Source of the DNA: Pseudomonadota bacterium
GTDB taxonomy: Bacteria > Pseudomonadota > Gammaproteobacteria > Arenicellales > Poriferihabitantaceae
Direction: 5' to 3'
Length of the DNA stretch: 64,000 nt
Assembly: GCA_039029455.1 (NCBI GenBank)
Contig: JBCCGE010000007.1
Span: 370 to 64,369 of the forward strand
This document shows, in pieces, positions 34,621 to 44,435 of this stretch (the stretch's first letter is position 1; each line of letters opens with the position of its first letter). A program made the translations under genes and the position numbers. The notes beneath the pieces were generated by a model. It was not told the origin of the DNA. It did no database searches and saw only the letters and a program-made list of their open reading frames with translations.

Positions 34621-35361
34621 TTAATTCAACAGAGTACCCAGTCGGCCCGGTACGTTACCACGCAGACCCAGACGCTTGCAGGCCACATACATGAGTGCCT
34701 GATTGCTCGTTACAACAGGTTTATCAATTTGTGTTTCAAGATCATCAACCACCTCGACCGCTCGCATGTCGGTGCACGAGAGAATGACCGCCGCAGCGCG
34801 ATCGTTATTCGCCTGCAGGCCGAGCTGCAGCACGGCCGACGGAGTCAACTCTCCCTGGCCGTAGTTGCCCAGGTCTTCACCGACGTATTGCAGCTGAACC
34901 ACATCAATTCCGCTTTGACGGACAAACTCCGCTCCTTCCCGGTTCAGCGTTTCCGTATACGGCGACGCAAATGATGCCGAATCAATGTTGAGATCGCGCA
35001 ACGCTTCAACCAGCGCACCCGCGGCCGTGATAGCGGACACGCCCGACCGGGTCTCCATACGCTGACGAAATGTTTGGTCGTAGTCCGGACCAAAAGACAG
35101 AGTAGCGGAGGTGCAACCATAGATCACCGCGTCCGGACGAACCGCACACAGGGCATCGAGAACCGATTCAAGCGACGTCTCAGCGAACTGCCGCATCTGC
35201 TCCGAATCGGGTATCTCGTCCAGATCATAGCCACCGGCACGCATGCTGTGGATCGACACACCTGCGGGCTTCATCATCTGCATATCCGGTTCCAGATTAG
35301 AATTCGACACAGGAACAATGACACCGATCCGAGCAGATCCACGATCAGTCGTGTTTTTCAT
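34621..35361 (-). CDS. Asp/Glu/hydantoin racemase-superfamily protein (maleate isomerase/arylmalonate decarboxylase-like)
   Basis: It has the paired Cys contexts IYGCTSATLS and ILSCTDMRA. Its ATG overlaps the upstream stop (ATGA). Confidence 0.75.
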   Translation of the reverse strand: MKNTTDRGSARIGVIVPVSNSNLEPDMQMMKPAGVSIHSMRAGGYDLDEIPDSEQMRQFAETSLESVLDALCAVRPDAVIYGCTSATLSFGPDYDQTFRQRMETRSGVSAITAAGALVEALRDLNIDSASFASPYTETLNREGAEFVRQSGIDVVQLQYVGEDLGNYGQGELTPSAVLQLGLQANNDRAAAVILSCTDMRAVEVVDDLETQIDKPVVTSNQALMYVACKRLGLRGNVPGRLGTLLN

Positions 35362-38300
35362 AAACCGGCCTCCGTCGTGCTAGTAGATTCAAGCATCTCG
35401 TGTCGGGCATCGCGCGCTTCAGCCAGCGGCTCACGATGATATGGGTCACCCACACCACCCCCACCAGGTGTATAAATTGTCAGGGATTCGCCGGGCTCCA
35501 GCGTGCAGCTCCCCTTGCCAAAAAATGCGTCACCTCTGGAATGCACAAAACGTCCCGGGCTGCCATCCTCACCACCTCGCAGGCCACGCGCCGGATATCG
35601 GACGCGATCCACCGTACCATAAATCACCAGACGGGTTCCTGGTAATGCTTCGACGTTTATGACCTGCCCGTGGCCACCGCAAAATTCTCCGCGTCCGGCT
35701 GAACCCGGACGAAATTCGCGCCGTCTGATCAGCAATGGCGTTGTGCTCTCCGTAATTTCAACCAGACTGCCCATGACACCGCTTGGATAGGCGGTCGCGG
35801 ACAAGCCGTCTTTGTCCGGTCGCGCGCCGGTACCCCCGTTAAACACCAACTCCTGAGCGAAGGTCTCTCCCGATGCTGTGTAGACACCCTGGATCGGCAG
35901 GTCCCAAAGTGTGGCAGCGCCTTCGGCCGGAACCACGTCCGGCAGTACCTGTCGCAGACAGCCAAGCGCCACATCGGGCAACAACTGGCCCAGAATGTGT
36001 CGTGAACATACCGGTACCGGCTTGCGCGCATTCAATATGGTTCCTTCCGCAGCGATGACCACCAGCGGTGCCAGTGAACCGTGGTTGTTCGGAATATCGG
36101 GCGCGATGGCGCATTTCAAACCGAAGACTGCGTAGGCGATCGTGTAATTCAACGGCACGTTAATGCCGTGGAGAGAGGGGGCGGCGGATTCGTAAAAATC
36201 CAGCAGAACCCGATCGTTCGAAATCGACAGTCGCGCCTTGATTGTGACCGGCTCCTCGTAACCGTCGACTGTCATCTCATACTCGAATTCACCAGTCCGC
36301 AGATTGGCAATTTTTCGGCGCACCGCGGATTCCGACGCCGTCAGAATTTCCCGCGACAGTGCGCTCAACTCGTTCAGCCCAAAATCCGACATCATTTCGT
36401 TCAGTCGCCGCGCACCGTGTTCACAACACGCGATCAGCGCATAAAGATCGCCTTCCGCCTGTGCCTCGCTGCGTGAATTTGCCTTTAGCAGATGGAGTAA
36501 TGTTTCGTCGATCCGACCTTCATGCATCAACCGCATATGCGGGATGTACAGACCTTCGTCAAACACATCGTTGCCGTCGGGCCCAAGACAACGCCCACCA
36601 ATGTCTACCAGATGACTGGTGCAGGAGATCATGCCGACAAGATGATCGTCGTAAAAACAAGGCTGGAGCACAACGAAGTCGTTCAGATGCCCCGCGCCAT
36701 CCCATGGGTCGTTGGTCAGGTACATATCCCCGGGTTGCATGCTGTGCGGCGGGAATCGTCTGAAAAACTTTTCGCATGCCGACGCCATCGTGTTTACGTG
36801 TCCGGGTGTACCGGTCACCGCTTGCACCAGCATTCGGCCCTGCGGATCAAAAATGCCAACCGACAGATCGCCTGACTCACGAACAATCGGACTGAAAGCC
36901 GTGCGCATCAGCACGCCCGCCTGCTCATCCACAATGGATTGCAGACGATTCCACTGCGCCTGCAGCGCCAAGACGCTATCGCTCTTTTGCGCAGAAGTGC
37001 GGGCCGGGTCAGATCTGTTTAGCCGCAACTGACCGTCTTCATCCACCCATGCGGTAAAGCCCGGCGGCACCACGGTGGTGGTCTGTGGCTCCGCGATTAA
37101 TGCCGGACCGTGCACAGTCTGACCAGCAGACAGGTCTGAACGCCACCATCTCCGGGCATCCATAGGCAGCGCACTCTGTCGGTCATGCATCTGACAATGT
37201 TCAGCGCGCCCGCTCGCTGTTTCCGATTCAACGCCATCAGGCTCTGCAGCCTGCATCAGTGGACGCTCCGAAGTGGTTCTCACCAACAGACTCAGCAGTT
37301 CGATATCTCCCTCCGGAAGATCCCGCTGGTATCGTTCGCGGTAAGCCGCGATATAACGTTGCCGCAGGACGTCTGTGACGTCGCTGGCCGCAAGGTCATG
37401 CGGGAGCTCGATTTCAATCTCGTGCCCCTGACCGGTGTAGCGCATGAGTGCAAACCACCGGGTCACCCGCGGCGATGTCGGCATCGCGGATTCAACTATG
37501 GATTCGGCGTCCGCCGCCAGTGCCTGCAGCACCTGAGTCGCAGCTGACGGAGCAAAATCCGACAAGGTCATATAGCGACTGCGAGACAGCTCGCAGGATG
37601 CGGGCATCGACAGGAAACCCAGAGCTGAACCCACCCCCGGATAGTCCGGAATCACCACTTTGTCGATGCCGAGTTTGGTAGCCAGACTGGCAGCGTGCAG
37701 GGGGCCCGCGCCACCAAAGGCCACCAGCGTATAGTCCGACAGGTTGCGCCCGTGTTCCATCGCGTGAATCCGTGCCGCGTTGGCCATATTTTCGTCTACC
37801 AGTTCCAGCATCGCACCCGCTGCATGCACGGGACTCTCAAACAGCGACGCATCAAATGCAGACGACATCGCCATCCGCGCCGCATCCAGGTTCAGCGGCA
37901 ACCGCCCCTCAGCGAACCGGGTCGGATCAAGATGTCCCAGCACTGCATCGGCATCGGACACCGTCGGCAGCGTGCCGCCCTTGTCGTAGCAGGCCGGTCC
38001 GGGATCCGCTCCGGCGCTTCCGGGTCCGACATAAATACGCCCGACGTCGTCCACGCCACCAATAGAGCCCCCTCCGGCGCCGATTTCGATCATTTCGGTC
38101 ACCGGAATTCGCAGCGGCAGTCCGCTGCCGCGAGTAAATCGGTCCGACCGCGCTGCTTCAAACTGACGTGTCGTGCGACACTGAAAATCGTCGATCAGAC
38201 AAATCTTGGCCGTGGTGCCGCCCATGTCGAAAGACAGCACACGCTCACTGTTTATTCGTTTCGCCGTCAATTCGGCCAGCACCGCGCCACCGCTGGGCCC

Positions 38301-39092
38301 TGATTCAACCAGCTGAATCGGTCTGGTTGATGCCGACCGGACATCCATCAAACCGCCTGCCGAGGTCACCAGGAACAGCGGACAACCGAATCCCTCCGCG
38401 ATAAGGGCGTCAGACACCGAACGCAAATAACTCTGCATAACCGGCTTAACGTAGGCATCGGCTGCTGTGGTCGACAGACGCTCATATTCTCGAATCTCCG
38501 GACAGACCTCGCTGGACAAACTGACCGGGACATCGGGCAATTCTTCCGTCAGCACCCGCGCAATCGTTTGTTCGTGGTCGGGATTGGCATAGGCATGAAT
38601 CAGTCCCACAGCAACCGATTCAACCTCGAGGTTCTTCAGCTGATGGATGACCGATTCCAGTTGGGCAATATTCAATTCCGTATCGACACAACCGCTGGCC
38701 AGCATCCGTTCCTCGACAACCAAACGCAGATCGCGCGGAACCAGAGGCGGCAGTTTCTCCAGCCCGAGGTCATACTGGTCGAAACGCGCCTCATACCCAA
38801 TCTCGAGACTGTCGCGAAACCCGCGCGTGGTTATCAATGCGGTGCGGGCACCTTTGCGTTCGATCAGTGCATTTGTTGCGATGGTCGTGCCGTGAATAAT
38901 GGCGGCGACGTCGTCCGGTCGCACCCCGGATTCGTCGATCAGTCTGCGGGCAATATCGAGAAAGCCACGTTCAGGTGCAGCCGACGTGGTTGGCACCTTG
39001 GCGCTGTAAAGGTGCGAGCCCACCTGCAGCATGGCATCGGTAAATGTGCCGCCGATATCGACGGCCAGTCGCACAGGAGAATCCATAGTCAA
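35358..39092 (-). CDS. Fused hydantoinase/oxoprolinase (HyuA-like N-half + HyuB-like C-half), ATP-dependent lactamase/carboxylase family
   Basis: 1244 aa. The N-terminus VRLAVDIGGTFTDAML is a HyuA hallmark, and the C-half begins around LQAQWNRLQSIVDEQAGVLMRTAFSPIVRESGDLSVGIFD (HyuB). The single-polypeptide architecture resembles eukaryotic 5-oxoprolinase. Confidence 0.85.
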   Translation of the reverse strand: MTMDSPVRLAVDIGGTFTDAMLQVGSHLYSAKVPTTSAAPERGFLDIARRLIDESGVRPDDVAAIIHGTTIATNALIERKGARTALITTRGFRDSLEIGYEARFDQYDLGLEKLPPLVPRDLRLVVEERMLASGCVDTELNIAQLESVIHQLKNLEVESVAVGLIHAYANPDHEQTIARVLTEELPDVPVSLSSEVCPEIREYERLSTTAADAYVKPVMQSYLRSVSDALIAEGFGCPLFLVTSAGGLMDVRSASTRPIQLVESGPSGGAVLAELTAKRINSERVLSFDMGGTTAKICLIDDFQCRTTRQFEAARSDRFTRGSGLPLRIPVTEMIEIGAGGGSIGGVDDVGRIYVGPGSAGADPGPACYDKGGTLPTVSDADAVLGHLDPTRFAEGRLPLNLDAARMAMSSAFDASLFESPVHAAGAMLELVDENMANAARIHAMEHGRNLSDYTLVAFGGAGPLHAASLATKLGIDKVVIPDYPGVGSALGFLSMPASCELSRSRYMTLSDFAPSAATQVLQALAADAESIVESAMPTSPRVTRWFALMRYTGQGHEIEIELPHDLAASDVTDVLRQRYIAAYRERYQRDLPEGDIELLSLLVRTTSERPLMQAAEPDGVESETASGRAEHCQMHDRQSALPMDARRWWRSDLSAGQTVHGPALIAEPQTTTVVPPGFTAWVDEDGQLRLNRSDPARTSAQKSDSVLALQAQWNRLQSIVDEQAGVLMRTAFSPIVRESGDLSVGIFDPQGRMLVQAVTGTPGHVNTMASACEKFFRRFPPHSMQPGDMYLTNDPWDGAGHLNDFVVLQPCFYDDHLVGMISCTSHLVDIGGRCLGPDGNDVFDEGLYIPHMRLMHEGRIDETLLHLLKANSRSEAQAEGDLYALIACCEHGARRLNEMMSDFGLNELSALSREILTASESAVRRKIANLRTGEFEYEMTVDGYEEPVTIKARLSISNDRVLLDFYESAAPSLHGINVPLNYTIAYAVFGLKCAIAPDIPNNHGSLAPLVVIAAEGTILNARKPVPVCSRHILGQLLPDVALGCLRQVLPDVVPAEGAATLWDLPIQGVYTASGETFAQELVFNGGTGARPDKDGLSATAYPSGVMGSLVEITESTTPLLIRRREFRPGSAGRGEFCGGHGQVINVEALPGTRLVIYGTVDRVRYPARGLRGGEDGSPGRFVHSRGDAFFGKGSCTLEPGESLTIYTPGGGGVGDPYHREPLAEARDARHEMLESTSTTEAGL

Positions 39093-39285
39093 TGTGATAA
39101 AAATTTACGGGCGCGCAAAAAATACGCGGGCGTGGACCGGGCATTAGTCCGTGAGAGTGACGGATGGATTAGGGATAGATCGCAAAGCCACCTTCGCGGC
39201 GGCATTCTGGTCTGTGGGAGCGATCGGTCAATGGACGGTTATGGTGTGTGTGATGCAGAAATCCTAAATCAGTGTCGTGTGCAAA

Positions 39286-40182
39286 TCAATCCGCTTCCTG
39301 CAGCGCCGCATTGTCGATTAGTCGCACCTCGCCGGCGTAAACCGCGACCAGAACCCTTGCGGAATCATTGAGCTGCGTCGGTGTGTCTGCGGTCCATTGA
39401 TCCGCATTTCGAACTGCCACGTAGTCGATCACGAACTCATTTTTCGCCAGGATATCCCGCGCCGCGGATTCCAGATTCGACGCATTGCGCTCACCCTGAT
39501 TCCACAAACACTGGACCTGCTGAATACCCTGATAGATTGACGGGGCACGCTGACGCCACTTCGGCTCGAGTCGAACATTTCGCGACGACAGTGCCAATCC
39601 ATCGGGTTCGCGCACGGTCGCGCAAGGCACAATCTCGATACTGAGATCATCACTATTCGACATTCGACCCGCCAGATCTGTAACCACCTGCAGCTGCTGG
39701 AAATCCTTTTCACCAAAATAGGCGCGGCAGGAACCGACTGTTCGAAACAGGCGCTCAACAATCATCCAGACACCGGCCAGATGACCCGGTCGATAGTCAC
39801 CCTCCAGTCCCCTGCCAGCGGGACTGGGACATTCTTGCTTTAGAGAAAAGGGGTCGTCTGCTTCGGGGAAAAACTCCGCCAGTGTGCCGGTGTAGACCAT
39901 ATCGCAGCCAAGCTCGTACAACAGCTTCAGGTCATCATCAAAAGTATCCGGGTAGGCCGCCAGATCGTCCGGATTGTTGAATTGCAGCGCATTGACAAAG
40001 ATGCTGGCGCAGGTCACATCGTTTTCCCGCACGCTTTGTTCAATCAGGGCGGCATGGCCGGCATGAAGCGCCCCCATAGTGGGAACATTGCCTACAGTTC
40101 GACGCCGCGCCCTCTGCTCAGCACACCATTTGGTGGCCTCCGATGGTGACGGTAAATGCAATACCTGAGGGACCGATGTCAT
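39286..40182 (-). CDS. panC: Pantoate--beta-alanine ligase
   Basis: The HIGH-type motif VPTMGALHAGHAALI and the 298-aa length and layout are typical of PanC. Confidence 0.9.
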   Translation of the reverse strand: MTSVPQVLHLPSPSEATKWCAEQRARRRTVGNVPTMGALHAGHAALIEQSVRENDVTCASIFVNALQFNNPDDLAAYPDTFDDDLKLLYELGCDMVYTGTLAEFFPEADDPFSLKQECPSPAGRGLEGDYRPGHLAGVWMIVERLFRTVGSCRAYFGEKDFQQLQVVTDLAGRMSNSDDLSIEIVPCATVREPDGLALSSRNVRLEPKWRQRAPSIYQGIQQVQCLWNQGERNASNLESAARDILAKNEFVIDYVAVRNADQWTADTPTQLNDSARVLVAVYAGEVRLIDNAALQEAD

Positions 40183-40327
40183 GATTCAGTAAACAACCCG
40201 GAAAAACAGTTCCCCTGTATCTTAAAACCGAAGTGCGACAAAACTAAACAAGAAAATCTTTGAACGGTTCTCGCCACCCAGGGAAACTTTGGTCTAAGAT
40301 CTGCACAAACAATGTTGAGGGATTCCC

Positions 40328-41512
40328 ATGATCGTTCGACGTCCCGCCGCCCTGATGGTTGTCTCCGGCAAAGCCGGGGAATACTTCGCACGACTGAACG
40401 CCATGGAGGGAATGCGATCTTTGATCATCGGCATCATCCCTTTGCTGGCACTGGATGTTCTGGGTACCAAGGAAAAGGTCACGCAGGCCTACCTGCTGGG
40501 TTCGGTGCTCACCCTGGCCATCACCCTCAACTTTGCTCTGCTTGAAAAGCTCATCCAGCGCCGCTGGGTGATGACTCTTGGTGTCGGGCTAAACCTCGCA
40601 GCCATTGGTTTTTTGCTTTCCGGTTCTCCGAACCTTTTAATGATCGCCATTGGTCTGCAGCAGGCCGCCGCTTCTATTTTTTCGGTATGTCTGTCGCTGT
40701 ACATCATGGACCATATCGGTAAGAAAGATCTGATCTACACCGAGACGCGACGCATGCTCTATACCGGCGCCGTCTGGCTGGTGGGTCCGACACTCGGCCT
40801 CTGGCTGTGGGATAACGCGGGCCACTGGACACCGCTCGCCGCCGCCGCAGTCAGTTCCGTTTTGATGCTGGCCTATTTCTGGTACCTACGCATTGCACCG
40901 CAGACCGGAATCCAGAAGGCAAAGTCAAAATCCGTCAATATCTTCAAAATCATCCCCCGATACTTCGCGCAGAAATCGCTGCGGATTGCCTACTGGATCA
41001 CGTTGTCGCGCTCCATTTTCTGGGTGACGCTGTTCGTGTACGGACCGATTTATGTTGTTGAAGCCGGACTGCCCAAATGGATGGCCGGAGTTATGCTGTC
41101 TGCGGTCAGCGCGCTGTTGATGATCAGTCCGTTCATTCGTCGAATCGCCGGCCGGTTCAGCACCCGACGAACCATTATCGGGGGATTGGTGCTCACATCG
41201 GCATCAATCATGGTGCTGTATCTTCTTGGCGAACCCAGACCTGCCGGCGTCTCTCTCTGGTTCTTCGCAGCCATCGGCGGAGTCACTCTGGACGTATTGG
41301 GGAATATTCCGTTTATGCGCACGGTTAAACCGCGAGAGCGAACGGAAATGACCATGATTTTTTCGACCTGGCGTGAGGGCTCCCAGTTGCTGACGCCACT
41401 GCTTGTGTCACTGGTTCTGCTCGTCGCACCGTTCGAAATGTTCTATCTGCTGCTGGCCGCGGTATTGTTGAGCGCGGCCGTGACCGCCAGCTTTTTACCG
41501 CGGCGGTTATAG
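40328..41512 (+). CDS. MFS-type transporter
   Basis: 394 aa with about 11-12 hydrophobic segments and a basic inter-helix loop motif. Confidence 0.7.
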   Translation: MIVRRPAALMVVSGKAGEYFARLNAMEGMRSLIIGIIPLLALDVLGTKEKVTQAYLLGSVLTLAITLNFALLEKLIQRRWVMTLGVGLNLAAIGFLLSGSPNLLMIAIGLQQAAASIFSVCLSLYIMDHIGKKDLIYTETRRMLYTGAVWLVGPTLGLWLWDNAGHWTPLAAAAVSSVLMLAYFWYLRIAPQTGIQKAKSKSVNIFKIIPRYFAQKSLRIAYWITLSRSIFWVTLFVYGPIYVVEAGLPKWMAGVMLSAVSALLMISPFIRRIAGRFSTRRTIIGGLVLTSASIMVLYLLGEPRPAGVSLWFFAAIGGVTLDVLGNIPFMRTVKPRERTEMTMIFSTWREGSQLLTPLLVSLVLLVAPFEMFYLLLAAVLLSAAVTASFLPRRL

Positions 41513-41556
41513 ACCTATCATCCGACTTGCCACAGCGGATCGATCATCGGTAAGCT

Positions 41557-42528
41557 TTGTCCACCGACTTAAATTTTTTACGATTCTTGGACGCACAATA
41601 CCATCGCCGCTGCAATCGACTGCATTCCTTCGTACTGATCGCCGGCATGGTGTGCATTCTGGGCTTTTGCGGATACACGCTGGCAAAAACCACCGGTCTC
41701 ATTATCGCGCTGGTGGCGGCAGTGGGTATCGTTGTCGCCACCGGCCGGGCCTCGGCCTCCATGGTTCTGAATATGTACAAGGCGGTACCGATTCAACGGC
41801 AACAAGCACCGGGGCTGGTCGATTTATACGATTCACTGGTCGAGCGCTCAACTCTGGAGTATCGCCCGGAGTTCTACTACATCCCCTCGCAAATGATGAA
41901 CGCATTTGCCACCGGACGCGGCGATCAGGTCGCTGTGGCCGTCACCGATGGACTGATCCGCAATCTGAATGCCCGGGAAATGGCCGGCGTACTGGCCCAT
42001 GAACTCAGCCACGTAATGCACGACGATGTGTTCGTAATGACACTGGCCGATGCGTTCAGTCGGGTCACCAGCTTTATCGGTCAGGCCGGAATCTGGATTC
42101 TGATTTTGTCGCTGCCCGCTTATTTCGCCGGCTACAACTTTCCCTGGTTCGCCGGCATTTTGTTCCTGATTGCACCTTCTGTCACCGTGCTGCTGCAACT
42201 GGCGCTGTCGCGCAGCCGGGAATACGATGCCGACGAGAGCGGTGCGCGGTTGACCGGCGATCCCATCGGACTGGCCATGGCACTGAAGAAAATCGAACAC
42301 CGTCAGGGCGGATGGATGGAGCGCATCCTATTACCCGGTCGCAAAGACCCCCATCCTGCCGCGCTCAGGACTCACCCGCCCACTCAGGAGCGCATCGACA
42401 TCCTGAAAAAAATGGCCGGCATCGATCCATCGATCAAACTCCCGGTCGATGTGGGACTGGCGGCAATGCCGCGACCGGTCAGGATTATCCACGCGCCGCG
42501 ATGGCACATGACCGGGCTCTGGTACTAG
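41557..42528 (+). CDS. M48-family zinc metalloprotease (HtpX-like)
   Basis: It has the HExxH motif HELSHVMHDD, a downstream SREYDADESG (third ligand Glu), and TM helices before and after. The start is TTG as in the ORF track. Confidence 0.8.
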   Translation: MSTDLNFLRFLDAQYHRRCNRLHSFVLIAGMVCILGFCGYTLAKTTGLIIALVAAVGIVVATGRASASMVLNMYKAVPIQRQQAPGLVDLYDSLVERSTLEYRPEFYYIPSQMMNAFATGRGDQVAVAVTDGLIRNLNAREMAGVLAHELSHVMHDDVFVMTLADAFSRVTSFIGQAGIWILILSLPAYFAGYNFPWFAGILFLIAPSVTVLLQLALSRSREYDADESGARLTGDPIGLAMALKKIEHRQGGWMERILLPGRKDPHPAALRTHPPTQERIDILKKMAGIDPSIKLPVDVGLAAMPRPVRIIHAPRWHMTGLWY

Positions 42529-42573
42529 GCGCTGCTCCGGACCTCGACAGGAACTGAACTTCGAGCAGTCGCG

Positions 42574-43707
42574 TCACAAACAGACCGGAAACACAGTTCC
42601 ACTACTGTCCTGAATGGCTGCACAAACTTCAGTGTCTGGAATGTAGTAGTACACAGCACCATTCCATGTTCTTGGGCTAAACGTGATATTGTTTGAAAAA
42701 GGCGTTGTGGCACCAATTCCATCTTCGGTATCCAGCACAAAATCGCTGAAGTCGTACGAACTCTGTGCCCCGTTGTTTGGTGTAATCGTGTATGCGACAG
42801 TAGTCGACACACCTTCGCAGTGCACATAAAATGAGCCGGTTGCGTTTGCATCGATAGTTACATCATCAATGTCTACCACCGCTTCAAGGTCACCGGTGCC
42901 GACGCTGATCCCTTCGAATACCTTCGTCCAGGCGCCCTCATTCGCGAGAAATCCGTCGTAACCGCCTTTTTTGAAAAATACTCGAGAGGTGCAGATTCCA
43001 TCTATATTCAAACCAAGATTCGTCACTGCGATAGGTTCAGATTTGGCTGTTATGGAAAAAACACTGCCCTTGCCGCCAGTATCTGAATTAAACAATGTCA
43101 TTGCCGAACGTCCATCGACAACTTCCAGAATGCCGGAATCCCAGGTGCCCTCAACAACGTCATCATTGTCTAACACCCGAAGTGACCAGACACCAGGAGC
43201 GTATTTTGATCGAAAGCTGTCCGTGATCGACGTTATGGCTCCTGCGTTCGCAGCTCCACCGGGCAGGCTAGAGCGGTAGTTGTTTGTGGGCATCGTTTCA
43301 CCACCCTCTAGAACTTCCGCCAAGCTCCACCAATCAACCGGCCACACCGAGAGGTTGTCAGTAAATGTATACACCCCATCAACGTCGCTGGAATCACCTG
43401 CGCCACCGCCCTCAGATACGCCGGTACTGGCAAAAATAATATGTTCTTCGCCGTTAGGCGAGGTCAGTATGACCTCCAGATCCCCCAACCACGTATGTTG
43501 TAGTCCTAATCTTAGGTTAATAAACTGAATATCATTGAATGCGGGCATATTGATGCCAATCACTACACCATCTGGATCTCCATCAGGGATAGTGGTGGGA
43601 AATCCGCCGACCGGCGTACCCGTGCGTTCAATAATCAGTTGCGAATACGCCGGTTGTCCGAATGAAAAACTCAGCGCAATGATCAGTGCGGTAATGTGAC
43701 ACTTCAT
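42574..43707 (-). CDS. Secreted protein with proprotein-convertase P-domain and a C-terminal Cys-bounded domain
   Basis: ATG at 43707 has GGAGG upstream; the ORF-track start at 43800 is an extension. It has a Sec signal (MKCHITALIIALSFSFGQPAYSQ) and the P-domain signature LGLQHTWLGDLEVILTSPNGEEHIIF...GVWSLRVLDND. The C-terminal domain recurs at 46690..47016. Confidence 0.75.
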   Translation of the reverse strand: MKCHITALIIALSFSFGQPAYSQLIIERTGTPVGGFPTTIPDGDPDGVVIGINMPAFNDIQFINLRLGLQHTWLGDLEVILTSPNGEEHIIFASTGVSEGGGAGDSSDVDGVYTFTDNLSVWPVDWWSLAEVLEGGETMPTNNYRSSLPGGAANAGAITSITDSFRSKYAPGVWSLRVLDNDDVVEGTWDSGILEVVDGRSAMTLFNSDTGGKGSVFSITAKSEPIAVTNLGLNIDGICTSRVFFKKGGYDGFLANEGAWTKVFEGISVGTGDLEAVVDIDDVTIDANATGSFYVHCEGVSTTVAYTITPNNGAQSSYDFSDFVLDTEDGIGATTPFSNNITFSPRTWNGAVYYYIPDTEVCAAIQDSSGTVFPVCL

Positions 43708-44013
43708 GATTTTCGTCCTCCCTTTCGGAAAGACTAACATATTCAAGTAAACGAACGATGACCGCAAGAAACACAGATTCGATTGAATCGGCTCTGTCAT
43801 TTGGCGCAGAAATCACGTCATTGAGAGCCACGTTGAAACAATCGCGGAACGCCTCTGGACTCATGAAAAAACAATCCTGACCGGATTACCGTCATCACTG
43901 TCATATCGCAAGTCTGTTCAGCAAATCAACCTTCTCTCCACCGCCGTCATCCGATTGCCTGACGTCCGGTGTTCCGGATCGAAATAACGATCAATCTCTT
44001 CAAGTCCTGCTTT

Positions 44014-44424
44014 TCACATCATGCCGGCCGACACCCGATTTTCGTCGTGGCGTTTGGCATAGACTGCGCTGATCCCCCGGGCACCGGCCTGTCGAATGGA
44101 TTCCTCAAGCATCAGACTGCCCAGACCCTTACCGACATGCTCGCGATGCACCACGACTTCCTGCGCGTAGGCAATGTCATCCCGTGCAGCGTAGTTCTGT
44201 AGATCAGCCGGCATGTCCTCACCAAAGGTCAGTAAACATGCACCGACGATCATTTCGTTTTCGATGGACAGCGACGCCACTGCTCTGCCGTTTTGCAAAA
44301 GCTCGAGCACCCTTCCGGTGGTCTCTGGGGTAATGTAATTCCATTCATTGGGCGCGTGTTCGTCGAGCAACACTTTGATTGCCGCGATATCAGATTCGCT
44401 GGCGGGTCGGGTAACTATGGACAT
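44014..44424 (-). CDS. GNAT-family N-acetyltransferase
   Basis: 136 aa. The acetyl-CoA motif A context is VVVHREHVGKGLGSLMLEESI. Confidence 0.8.
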   Translation of the reverse strand: MSIVTRPASESDIAAIKVLLDEHAPNEWNYITPETTGRVLELLQNGRAVASLSIENEMIVGACLLTFGEDMPADLQNYAARDDIAYAQEVVVHREHVGKGLGSLMLEESIRQAGARGISAVYAKRHDENRVSAGMM

Positions 44425-44435
44425 GTTCTACTGTA

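Noticed and set aside
38568-39371. 267-aa plus-strand ORF and other plus-strand ORFs inside 35400..39092
   Set aside because: They are antisense to the 1244-aa hydantoinase/oxoprolinase gene and have no motifs. They are GC-rich shadow frames.
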